Below, piece after piece: positions 26,932-40,272 of a stretch of DNA of 64,000 nucleotides. Origin of the DNA: Octopus sinensis. Taxonomy: Eukaryota. A program made the translations under genes and the position numbers. The stretch lies in assembly GCF_006345805.1 (NCBI RefSeq), contig NC_043008.1, positions 50,468,001 to 50,532,000 of the forward strand, given 5' to 3'. Positions within the stretch are counted from its first letter, which is position 1. Each line of letters opens with the position of its first letter. Under the pieces are notes generated by a model. That model made no database searches, was not told the origin of the DNA, and saw only the letters and a list, made by a program, of their open reading frames with translations.

Positions 26932-27558
26932 TAAGGTGGTGTGCTGACAAAATCATTGGCATGCCAGGTAAAATGCTTAGTGGCATTTCATCCATCTTTA
27001 CATTCTGAGTTCAAATTCTGCTGAGGTTGACTTTACTTTTCCTCCTTTCATGGTCAATAAGATAAGTACCAGTTGAACATTGGGGTTGATGTAATCAGCT
27101 TACCCCTCTCCCAAAATTGCTGGCCTTGTGCCAAAATTTGAAACGATTCTCATTATTATGGATAAATAAACACATCATTCAATAGCTTTGCCTAGCAGAG
27201 ATTTTACTTAGGTTTCTGCCATTCATTGCTTCATAGGGCATGTTCTTGTTGTTGTATTGCAGCCACTGTTCTCAGTATGTGAGTGAGTGATTAACTGTAG
27301 CCTTCGTTGCAATAAATCTGCAAAGTATTTAATGCCCTACCAGTTCTTATTGCTCATTTTCACAGTCGGAACCTTAAGCAAGATCTTGTTACTTGTGCTA
27401 AATTTAATTACCCTTCCGATCCAGTTTTTCAAACATTTGCTATCCTCAGTGTCTCTCTCTGCTTTCTTTATCCTACACACACACACACACACACACATAT
27501 ATATTTTTATATGCTTACATATACATATACACATACACATACATATATAATGTGTGTG

Positions 27559-27605
<47 letters not shown>

Positions 27606-29655
27606 CTTCCTTTATATTGAAACCCAACGATCTTAAATACAGTTTGTCGTTTCCTTGCTTGCATGCTATACCCGGCAGCATGTATTTGCTGTTAAATCTC
27701 AGCCTAGAGCCCTGCTCATTCATTCATTGACTCAGTAGAAATCTATATAATTTATTATAGAAAAAATAACAAAATCAATAATAATCCCCATGATATGTGT
27801 TTAAAAAAAAAGAAAGCAAAAAATACATCTATACTGTTTTTTGGGGGATACATTTTTATTTTATTTTATTTTATATTTTATGCTTGTATATTTATATATA
27901 TATGTTTATATATATATATATGTATGCATATATATATATATATTATATATATATATATAATTTTTGTTTGTTTTTTTTTCTTTGGTTTGCTGTTTTTTTT
28001 GTGTTGCCGTTTGCAGATATTTTATTGTTCCCTGTGTCTTAGGTGTCCTGTGTCAATCCCAACAGTGGGTTGACTGGCGTCTCTGGGTCAGCATCATCCC
28101 AGTCATCTTCTCGTGTGCTTCAATGCATGTATTCCCAGGTGCCTCACAGACAGCAACCTCATGGAGGAGGACAACAGCCGGTGGCACAACAACAACAAAC
28201 AACAACAACAAGTTACCGCCCCTCACCACGTTAACACCTACTCTCCTCCCATGCACCATCGCACCCCACACCATCACCACCACCACCATGTTCAACAATC
28301 TACTCACCAGCAGCACTCCTCATCACACATGCAGTCTCCACATAATACATATTCACATCAGCAGCCACAACAACATCAACAAACAGTCCATGCTCAACAT
28401 CATCATCAACAACAACAACAACAACAACAACAACAGCATCACCACCCACCTCAACAAGTACATCATCATATAGCTCCGCAAGTACATGTCACGCCACCAC
28501 CTTGTGATGATTCACAAGTCAATCGAACAAAGGTTAGTATTAAACCATTACAGTCTCTAAAGTTGAACAGTTTTACTAAATAATTCCAAATATAACTACC
28601 ATGTTACATATATACTTTCGTGCATACTCTCTCTCTCTCTCTCTCTCTCTCTCGTTCCCTCTTTCTCTCTCTCTTTTCCCCCATCTCTCTCATACACTCT
28701 CTTCTTTATCTCTCTCATTCAGAAAAAAACACATCAAATTCCTGAAAGACATCTACTTTTAGATATAAGCAAGATGTCCTTAGCAGTAGTCAAAACAAAA
28801 AACCTGAATTCAAGGCTGGTTTTTAGATCTTTTATCTTTGACTTGTTTTCGTCATTGGACTGCAGCCATGCTGGGGCTCTGCCTTGAAGGGTTTGGTCAA
28901 ACAAACCGGTCCCACCTGGTGTTTATTCTATCGGTACCATTTGCCAAACTGAGAAATTATGGAGGCATAATCGAATCAACATTGATTATCAAGCAGTAGT
29001 AGGGAACAACACCTCCACACACACACACACAGATATATGTGTGTGTGTGTGTATGAAGGCACATGGCTTAGTGGTTTGGATGTTGCACTTGTAATCTAGT
29101 GATTGTGATTTCAATCCCCAGATTGGATCTTGCGTTTTGTTCTTGAGCAAAACACTTCATCTCATATTGTTCTGTGATCACTTAGACACCTGACGTGTGG
29201 TACACAGTGCACCTGTTCTGAGAACATCAATTTGATGGAGGGAGTGACCTAATGTGCGGCATGAACATTTGATCACGATGAACAAATCGTTTGTGCAGGT
29301 CATTTGGCAAAAGCTGATCGCTCAGTTGTCATCTTTAGCCGGAGAGTCTGCCATATATATATCACGTCACTATCACGTGACCGACCAGACCATCAGATGT
29401 TGTTACACATCGCTGGTCACAATGCGTTCGCATTGTTTTAGCCTTTGAATGACGCCACCCCGCTGGCTAAGCAAGCAGGCCAACAGAAGAAAGAGTGGTG
29501 AAAGAGTACAGCAGGGATCACCACCCCCTGCCGGAGCCTCATGGAGCTTTTAGGTGTTTTCGCTCAATAAACACTCACAACGCCTGGTCTGGGAATCGAA
29601 ACCGTGATCCTGCGACCGTGAGTCCGCTGCCCTAACCACTAGGCCATTGTGCCTC

Positions 29656-29711
<56 letters not shown>

Positions 29712-29727
29712 TATATATATATATATA

Positions 29728-29762
<35 letters not shown>

Positions 29763-31101
29763 CAAGCTTCTTTCAGTTTCCATCAACCGAATCCACTCCA
29801 CTCAAGCTATATTAGAAAGCACTTGCTTTCTTTGCCCATGGTGCTGTATAGTGGGACTGAACCTGGAACCATGTGGTTGGGAAGCAAACTTTTTTTACCA
29901 CACAGCCACATATGTGATTTTAATTTGTGATTTTTGTTAATTATCTGATTCTGGACAATTATTAAATCAAATCAATTCATAGGAAAACATTTCAAAGTTT
30001 TCCCCTCCTACTCTCTGGAAGGAAGAAGTAATTCTCTTAGCAAAGAATGCTTCAGAACTCTCACAAATAAAAAAAACTGCCATTTGTAAAAAAGCAAAAA
30101 TATGATTTAAGTAGCAGTAAAATAAGAAAATGATATTGGATATTGGATTTGCAATATTTTGCTAATTAATGTTAATTAGAATATGTTGCAGCTGTTTAAT
30201 TGTATTTGTGGACAGTCACTTTATTCTACATGTCTCATCTAAGTGTTGGAAATAAGTACCAGATCATCTGGTTTAGTTTGTAGCATTTACTTCATATGTA
30301 AAACCATGCCTGTGTGCCAACTTGTGGATACTTGTTTGAGTTAAGCAGGTATATTTTCAGTTTATTAAAATTTAAAGATGATGTGGTTGGCGTTAGGAAG
30401 GGCATCCAGATGTAGAAACATTGGTGGATCAGATTGGAGCCTGGTGCAGCTGCTGGCTTTCCAGACCTCAGTCAAACTGTCCAGCATGGAAAATGGACGT
30501 TAAACGATGACAATGATGATAATGATGATTTGAAATATAATTTAAGAATAGATTGAAGAACAAGTTGTCACTCAGCTGTCCTGATCACCACACAAGCCAT
30601 ATTTGAAACTGTAGCAAACATATTTTTAATGATTTGTGATTGAATGTGAATACCTTTGAATAAGATTATTATCATTTTTAAATCTATAGTGGTGTGGTGG
30701 TGTTAATAGTAGTAGAGGCAGTAGTGAAATAGGTGCTTATGTGCGACATAGCAGTTCAGCTAAAAACCATAGACTCAGAGTGTTATTATGAGAGTGTAAT
30801 GCATAGATTAACGGTTAAAAACTGATAGTGCCAACCGGGAGACTAATATATAGACTATAAGTAAGACTAATCTCATAGATTAATATATAGAACATGTATA
30901 ACACTAAGCTGGTGGATGGATTGTAATACATGTATGCATGTGTATATGTATGTAAGAATATGAGGGGTTAGTTCATTGATGATCTAAACCAATAGGTAAG
31001 TGCATAACTGCTATAATTTTTCATCCGTTAGGTTCCAAACTTACAGTTGAGGCTGGAGCTAGGGATCCATAGTAGGCTTCTGAGTCATATCTGTCTGTCT
31101 C

Positions 31102-31167
<66 letters not shown>

Positions 31168-32398
31168 AAACATGTTAAAATAACCATTACATATAATTCC
31201 TTTATTGGAGCAAATTTGGCTTATAGCTTTTTCCAGTAGAGATTATGGGTAGATTACTGATAGGTTTACTTACTCAGTTGGTCTGTTGATCAATTGAAGT
31301 AAATTAAATGAATATTATATATTCTGGAATATATATATATATACATTTGTTTTCTTTGAGTATAGTAGAAACAATAATAATAGTAACTGGAGGGAAGCTT
31401 TTGCTGGTATAGGCTGGAAGGACTTCTTGAGGTCTTACACACCTAGATGCCCTTCTTGACACCAGACCATACGTGTTTGGAAGTAAAGTACAGTTCTTCC
31501 TTCGTATGTTGACGCCCCCACCCCAAAAAACTGCCAAACTTTTTGCTTGGCAGTGTCAATACTAAGATTCACAGGGAGACACACACACACTTACACATGT
31601 GAGTGTGTACTTGACTGGCTCTTACATTATTTCTGTCTATCAAATTTCGTTCACTCACAAGACATCTGTCAGCACAGTAGAAGGTGGGATCAAACCTGAG
31701 ACCACCTGGTGAAGTTTTTAATCACTCATTTACACTGCACACTACACACACACACACACACACGCATAATGAAGAATGAAGAGCTGCTACGATGGTTGAT
31801 AGTGGCCACTATATTTATATATATATATATATATATATAAAAATGGATATATGTATGTATGTGTGTGTGTGTATGTATCATACATGAGAATGCATGGCCT
31901 AGTGGTTAGGATGTTGTACTCATGATTGCGAGATTGTGGTTTCAATTCCTCGACTGGGTGGTGCGTTGTGTTCTTGAGCAAAACACTTCACTTCACGCTG
32001 CTCTGCAATCACTTCGACACCTGACTTGTGGTAGACTGTGCACCTGTTCAGGCAACGTCAATTTGATAGAGGGAGTGAGCTAATGTACAGGTACAGCACA
32101 TACATTTGACCACTATAAACAAATCATATGTTGTCTTCAACAGTAGAGTCCATCGTATATATATATGGCTCAATGGTCAGAGCATTGAACTTACAACTGT
32201 GAGGTTGGGAGTTTGAATTCTGGACTGGGCTGTGTGTTGTGAGCAAGACACTTTATTTCACGTTGATCCAGTTCACTCAGCTGTAGAAATGAGTTGCGGC
32301 TTCACTAGTGCCAAGCTGTGTTGGCTTTTGCCTTTCCCATGGATGACATCGGTAGTGTGCAGAGGGTAGGCATATATATATATATATGTGTGTGTGTG

Positions 32399-32429
<31 letters not shown>

Positions 32430-33381
32430 CTCTGTTTATTACCCCACCATCACTTGACAACTGATGTTGGTGTGTTTACGTCCCTGTAATCTAGCAGTTC
32501 AGCAAGAGAGCTCAATAAAATAAGTACTAGGCTTACAAAAAAATAAGTCCTGGGGTTGACTAAAGGTGGTGCTCCAGCATGGCTGCAGTCAAATGATTGA
32601 AACAAGCAAAAGAATATATGCGTGCGTGTGTGTGTGTATAAAATATAGTGGCCACTTTCAACCACAATAGCAGCTCTTCGTCTTTGTTGGTCACTGAGAA
32701 GATTTCATTCACTCTGACTTTCCTCTTGGTTTACATTATATCTAGCTGAAATCATATATTCTCCAGTTCCTACATGAAGATTATTCTACAGTTAATGTGT
32801 CCTAGCACCAAGACAAATTACTTCTTTTTTATCTCTTAAATCAATAACTGCTTTTAGTCGTAGTAATCTTATCAAAATTTTCTCTTTCTTCAATAAATAT
32901 GTTGTCAGTGGTAATAATAATAACAACAACATTATTAAACAAATGCCTCTTTCAAAATAAAAAAGAAATCTTAAAGTTGCCTATTTATTAATCTTTGAGT
33001 GAATTCTTTGGTAGAAAATTTGATTTCCATTTGAAAGAGTTACCTTGTATTTCTTTTATGTCCGTTTGTCTTTGAATTTAGAAGAAGCATAACTTTTGCT
33101 TTTGATCTTCAAATTGGGAAAATACAATAAACACTTGTTGTTACTGTATAATTTCATATTCAAACAGATTTAAAAAAAAAAAAAAATTATCTATTCAGAA
33201 TATAAATTTGAAAATGAAATTACCACTAATTGTTATTATGAAGCTCAATTTCATAACCAGTTTTTGAACAGAAACAATATTATGCTATCTATCCATCTTC
33301 TTCTTCTTCTTATTCTTCTTCTTCTTCTTATTCTTCTCTTCTTCTTCTTCTTCTTCTTCTTCTCGTCTTCTTCTTCGTCTT

Positions 33382-33412
<31 letters not shown>

Positions 33413-36400
33413 TTCTTCTTCTTTTCTTCTTCTTTTCTTCTCTCTTCTTCTTCTTCTTCTACTTCTTATTCTTCTTCTTCTTCTTCTTCTTCGTCTTCTT
33501 CTTCTTATTCTTCTTCTTCTTCTTCTTCTCTCTTCTTCTTCTTCTTCTTCTTCTTCTTTCTTCTTCTCTTCTTCTTCTTCTCTTCTTCTTCTTCTTCTTC
33601 TTCTTCTTCTTCTCTTATTCTTCTTCTTCTTTTTTCTTTTTCTTCTTCTTTCTTCTTCTTTCTTCTTTCTTCTTTTCTTCTTCTTCTTTTCTTCTTCTTC
33701 TTCTTCTTCTTCTTCTTCTTCTTTCTTCTTCTTCTTCTTCTCTCTTCTTTTTCTTCTTCTTCTTCTTCTTCTCTCTTCTTCTTTCTTCTTTCTTCTTTCT
33801 TCTTCTTCTTCTTCTTCTTCTTCTTCTCTTCTTCTTCTTCTTCTCTTCTTCTTCTTCTTCTTCTTTCTTCTTCTTCTTCTTCTTCTTCTTCTTCTTCTTC
33901 TTCTTCTTCTTTTCTTCTTCTTCTTCTTCTTTTCTTCTTTCTTCTTTCTTCTTCTCTTCTTCTTCTTCTTCTTTCTTCTTTTTCTCATCATATATTAGAC
34001 TAGGTTACTTTATAGTATATTAGTCTATTAAGTCAAATATTATCTTTTTGGACTTTCCAAAAAATATCAGTTTCTTTTATGATATTGAAAATTAACAAGA
34101 AATCAGTCTTAACTGTGATATCAGGTCTGTACTCATTAAATTAATATGATCTAGCAAAATAGCATCTACAACTGCTCAACCTGCTCAAAATAGGTCAACC
34201 TGCTACGAATGACAATTAATATTCCCTCAAATCACATTTTGCTATCTTTAACCAAAAATGGAAGGATTCATTAACATTAATGATTAGACAGTATTGTCCT
34301 GAGTATGTTAAAAAGACAGAATTTAGTATCTTTGTATCTGCTAGATCAAAGCAAGTTTGGAAACTAAACAACAACGTTAGTCTTTCATTATGTAAAATAT
34401 TTGTACATGTATAGCTGTTAAGGCAATTTAGTGTATCTTCCACTTGAGCTACTTCTATGCATATGAGAGGATGTATTAGATGAGCCTATATGATTAGAAT
34501 GACTCTATGGGTCTATTCATTTAATTGTTGTGCTCAGTAGGTCATAGGTTCATGGAATTGCTTTAGAGTCTGACTAATAATTCACAGCATTGTTGTTTTA
34601 ACCAGCTCTTTACATTCTCAGTTCATTTCCTGTTGGGGTTGACTTTGACCTATAAAACAAGTCTGGGCTTATGGATTGGTGGAATTGTTAACAGTGTTAA
34701 ATAAACTGCCTTGTGGTGTTTGTTCTAGGTTCCTATGATCTGAGTTTACTTGTGATGACACTGATGACCAGCTTTATCAGTCTTTGTCTTTATGTTGGAC
34801 AACATCCATGGTGTAGAGAAGGAAGAGTTGCTGCATGGGCAACTGCTGATTTGCAATGTAAAATCTTGGCTTGGAGACTCCAGGGTGTAGATATATGATC
34901 AACCCTGATTGCTTGGGGGGGGGGGGTCTTCAAAAGTTTTCAGCTGAAGACTTTTCCTTTATTTCAGTGTAAAGAAATTGTTCTTGTTAGACATTCCTGG
35001 TTGATTCTCATTGAATATATCTAAGACAGTTTCAAATGAGCTGTGACTGTAGCACGACCTTTGCAGGCCCTTTGTGACTTGAGAAACTGATGTTGTCCAT
35101 GTCCAGCTTCAATATCTGCAGAAAAAACATGGCCATGGTCAGAATTCTAGAATAATGATATGTTACAGAAGTAGATTGAATGAGAAAGGTCCATAGGGGA
35201 CATGGCAATATGATATGTGCAGAAGGTGGCTAGCACACTGGGTGAAATACTTAGAGGTATTTTATCTGTCTTTATGGAGTTCTAATTCCACCGAGGTCGA
35301 CTTTGCCTTTCATCCTTTCAGGGTCAATAAATTAAGTACCGATTTAATTGACTGGCCCGCTCTCCTAAAATTTCAGGCCTTGTGCCTAGAGTAGAAAAGA
35401 ATATGATGTATGCAGGGATGATAAAAAGCAACAAGACAGGTGTGTCAGATAGGCTTGCAGGAAATGGTATATAATTGGTTTCTTCAGAAAAGGTGAGGTC
35501 ATTGACTGAAGTACTGGTAGAAAAAGCTAGAGATAGAAGACAGTCTGTCTGTGAACAAGATGTTGTAATATGTTACATGTATGTGGTTGATTGAATGTTT
35601 ATTCAAATACGAACGATCAAGTCAGTTTGAACTAACATTTATTATTATGCAAAGTAGAGAAGAATCAGATCTGTAGTTAGCAAAGTCTGTGATTCACATT
35701 TGAATATCATTTGTAACTACTTTAGTTAGGTTGCCAATATTCGTAAGAGATGCATGAGTGTCACAACATAATATTTACTTGCATTTAGATTTATGGTTCT
35801 GTGTCTGTTTACAATAAAAAAAAAATTAAAAAATTGTATTTATGTCAAGCTGGAGAAGTTTCATGTGTGGAAGTAAGGTCTAGAGTTGAAGGGTGTTAGA
35901 GTTAACCTAGCAAAAACCAGTCTTAGTAAGTAATAAGGCAGACAGATCACAAATCCCTTCAGGTAGATGGCCCTGCTTGATCTGTAGAAAAGGCATAGGT
36001 AGAAACTCCCATAAGATGTAACTGGTGTAAGCTGTGGACACATGTGAGGTGCAGCAATATCAAAGGAAGGCTAACTGGGAAGATCGTTTTTGTATGTGAC
36101 AAATGCCCAGGAGCAATAAACACTGAAAATGTGCAGAAAACATATTCCATCACATAACAGGGGGGAAAACCTAGAAGTAGTTGATAGCTTCCATTACCTA
36201 GGTGACCAAGTCAGTAACGTGGTGGTTGCTCTGAGAGCATAGCTGCATAGTTGACCTTGGCAGCATTTGAATTCAGAAAAATAAAGATGGACAAACTGCT
36301 GCTAAGTATTTTCCCCCAGTGTGCTAATGATTTTGTCATCTTGCTGCTTTAATAACAATTATAATGATGATGATTTCATATTTTGGCACAAGGCCGGCAA

Positions 36401-37135
36401 TGTTGGAGGAGCAGGGTAAGTTGATTACATCAACCCCAGTGCTCAGCTGGTACTTACTTTATTGACCTCAAAAGGATGACAAGCACAGTTGACCTCACAA
36501 TTTGAACTCAGAACATGAAAACGGATGAAATGCTGCTAAACACTTTGCCCAGCGTGCTAACGATTCTGCCAGCTTTCTGCCTTAACAACACGTGTCCGTT
36601 GCCAGCCTCGCCTGGCCCTCGTGCCGGTGGCACATAAAAAGCACCATCCGTTCGTGGCCGTTTGCCAGCTCTGTCTGGCACCTGTGCGGGTGGCATGTAA
36701 AAAGCACCCACTACACTCTCGGAGTGGTTGGCGTTAGGAAGGGCATCCAGCCGTAGAAACACTGCCAGATTTGACTGGGCCTGATGAAGCCTTCTGGCTT
36801 CACAGACCCCAGTAGAGCCGTCCAACCCATGCTAGCATGGAAAACGGATGCTAAACGATGATGATGATGATGATGATGAATAATAGAAGAAAAGTACAAA
36901 GAATATACTGTAGTTGCTTCTCACATCAATTTAGGACAGAAAGCAACAGAACCATATGTCTAGAGCAGTAGTCAGCATCCTTTTTTGCGCTACAGACCAG
37001 TTTCACGCAAGGCAGTTTTTTGATGGACCAGGGGTGAGGTGGAATTTAGTCCTGCACATGACAAAACACAAATTGCATGATATATATATTAATTTAATTA
37101 TTGCACACATCATGTAATTGTTACATTGTAACATA

Positions 37136-37185
<50 letters not shown>

Positions 37186-40100
37186 CAAGAAAGGAAGTTA
37201 GTGGTCTTATTATTGTTTCAGTTAGCTTGTGGGCTTAAGTTATCGGTTCATAGAAATAAAAAAGGAAAAAACTGACAAGTGTGGGAACAAGGCTCAGACA
37301 GAAGCATTAATTTTCTGCAGACTGTGATAACCAGTAAAATAGAAATAAAAATGAAAAATGTATTCTTTCTGTGTGGCCTGATGCTGTTCTGTAGCCCAAT
37401 GGTTGTAGACCCCTGATCTAGAGTACCTGGTACTCCATGTTCCTAAATCAGCTGCTGTAAATTGTCTTGTTATATTTTAACTGTATGATTTTAGTGATAG
37501 ACACATGTCTTATTGGATGTGTTGCTCTGTTCTGTCTTGAACAAAAGTGGAACACTCCATCATGCTTTGAACATTAATAAAATTGCATATTCTTAAGTGC
37601 TGTTGAATTATTTTATGAGGCAGAGGGAACATGATCAGTGCATGATTTGAGTCCCACCTGTGAGTCTGTTGTTTCCTATAAGTCTCAAATTGGTGTTTTG
37701 AATGCCTAATACCACTTTACACTGAAGATCTTTGTTGCTTATTCCTTTTCAAGGCATTGCTGTGTGGCTAAGAAGCTTACTTTGTAATCAATGTGGTTTT
37801 GGGTTCAGTCCCACTGCACAGCACCTTGGGCAACATAATCCTGGTCCAACCAATTCCTTGTGAGGGAATTTGGTAGATGAAAACTGTGTGGAAGCCATTG
37901 GCACGTAAAAAGCACCATCCGATCACGGCCGATTGCCAGCCTCGTCTGGCACCTGTGCCGGTAGCATGTAAAAAGCAGCCACTACACTCACGGAGTGGTT
38001 GGCGTTAGGAAGGGCATCCAGCTGTAGAAACATTGCCAGATCAGACTGGGCCTGGTGCAGCCTTCTGGTTTCCCAGACCCCAGTTGAACCGTCCAACCCA
38101 TGCTAGCATGGAAAGCTGACGCTAAACGATAATGATAATGATGATGATGATAATATATATATATATATATAAGAGGATATTTTTATAACTTCATTAAACT
38201 GAAGAGCAAAAATAAAAATCGGACTGCGCAGCTGGATGTGTTCAGGTGAGACCGAGGCGAAAGGAGAAATATATTGAAAAATATAACGAATAAACACTCC
38301 AATCAGTCAAAACAGCTTTATATCATTCCCAAATTATCAAAAATCGAATATAAATATATACTAAAATAACAGGGCACCCAATGGTAAAATCGAATCATAT
38401 AAGATATACACATGTACTTGAATGAAAGGTGATAAAACCTAAAAGAGTAATACGAGTGAAGTCGAATGAAGAAAAATAGATATGGAATAAATTCATGCGT
38501 AATAAAGGTGACTAAAAATTTAAAGCAATGGAGCTAAAATAATATATATCATTTCATTTCATTTCATCTAGTTTCAGTTCACGAGCTGTGGCCATGCTGG
38601 GGCACCGCCATTGAATATAAGAATACAAGAGTATAAATATAAAAAGTAAAATAAATAGTTAAGTGTAAGGAAACCAGAACAGAGTCCATTTAAGCCCATC
38701 TCTACGATCATTTCAAAGGATGCTGCTTCACATCGTTAATGTATAATCCATTAAGGAACTCCAACGGCAACACCTTTACATCAGGAGAAAACTTCACATT
38801 TCTGGTTATTACATTGTTCAATTGCAGACAAGTTAAAATGGACAAGTTATAAAAACAAAAAAAAGTTGACCGATTGGAATAATGTTTATTCATTATACCA
38901 TATACCACTGCTTGGCAGCTGGTGTTGGTTTGTTTACCTCCCAATAATTTCGTAGTTTGGCAAAAGACACCGATAGACTAAGTACCAGGCGTAAGAAATA
39001 AGTACTGGGATTGATTTGTTTGACTAAACTCTTCAGAACAGTGCTCCAGCATGGCCGCAGTCCGTTTAATGAGACATGTAAAAGATATTAAAAAAAATTG
39101 TTGACAGAAGACAACAGACTTGATAAAATATTGTTGTTTACTTTGGTGTTCCTGTTTATCATTATTGTTTTAACATCTGCAGCTGAGCTGTATGAATCTA
39201 AAACATGATGGTGGGTTGTTTGAGAAGTTGACTGTTCACTGGTTTACATTATCAGTTTTACTAATTAGTAAAAAGACAAGAGCTATCTTCTTCACTCGGG
39301 GATGGAAAATAGCTTTCTGCTTATAACAATGATGTAGTTTGAACACACCAAGTTACTACTGTTTCAGTGTATATATGCATGTAAGTTAGCACACATCCAT
39401 TGACATACGTCTGAGGCTGGTGTAATTAACATGCAAAAATATCTTTTATGCTTTGAGCTGTTTTCATCTACTACTGCTATGAGTACTACTTGAAAGTAAG
39501 GTGTGTCACTAAGAATAAAGGCTTAGATTGCTTTTCTTCTCTCTCTCTCTCTCTCTCTCTCCTCCCCCCTCTCTCTCTTTAATGACTTGCTGGCCTTTTG
39601 GCAATACATGGTCGCAGTTATGTAGGGTTTTATCGGTGTGGAAAGAAGGTAGATATGTTCAGGAGAGGAGGGCATTAAATTTTTACTCCAGTTAGCGAGA
39701 TACTACGTAGGTTGAAGTGGGTTTAATTACTCCACTTGTATTAATGTTGTTGTCTTCTTAAATGTAATTAAGCTTAAAGTGTGTATAATGGATTAACGGA
39801 GAACCTTGCCCCTCGCAATGTTGAAACATTTCTCATGGCACCAGCAGACAAAATGAAAAAGGCATTGCTCAGGGGATAGCGAGGGAGATGTACTGGAATG
39901 GTCACTCTGACTCACTGGGTTCACACTTGCAGATAGCAGTCTCTACCTTGTTAGCGGTGAGCAGGGATGTGATCCAGGGGACTAAGAATGTCAGAGGTTT
40001 CAACTGCTACAGACTCAACTATAAACCTGTCAGAGAGAAACTAATACCTTCACAGTTTGTTTTCCTCATCTTAACAAGCAGCGGAGCCAGGACTGGTTAC

Positions 40101-40216
40101 TGACAACACTAAGTTGCTGCTTTAGAAGGTGTCACAGCATGTGGCATCTCAGATGAGGGACCTATTACCACAGAATGGGAAAATTGTCATACTGTCTAGC
40201 CTTATATATATATATA

Positions 40217-40272
<56 letters not shown>

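Noticed and set aside
25850-27160. Regular repeat array as CRISPR-like
   Set aside because: Units are ~230-bp SINE copies without unique spacers; eukaryotic context and no cas genes.
29585-29656. tRNA gene on the minus strand, and similar tRNA-like heads elsewhere
   Set aside because: A and B boxes are present, but there is no clean acceptor stem and each continues into a repeated SINE body.
33264-33998. 244-aa and 193-aa ORFs (poly L/S/F and poly K/R/E)
   Set aside because: They are translations of the (CTT)n microsatellite, with no splice or domain support.
38708-38944. 78-aa minus ORF, and other short ORFs such as 4185..4664, 4878..5156, 39888..40103 and 49668..50102
   Set aside because: No recognisable domain or splice structure; some overlap repeats. 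They may be unidentified TE remnants.
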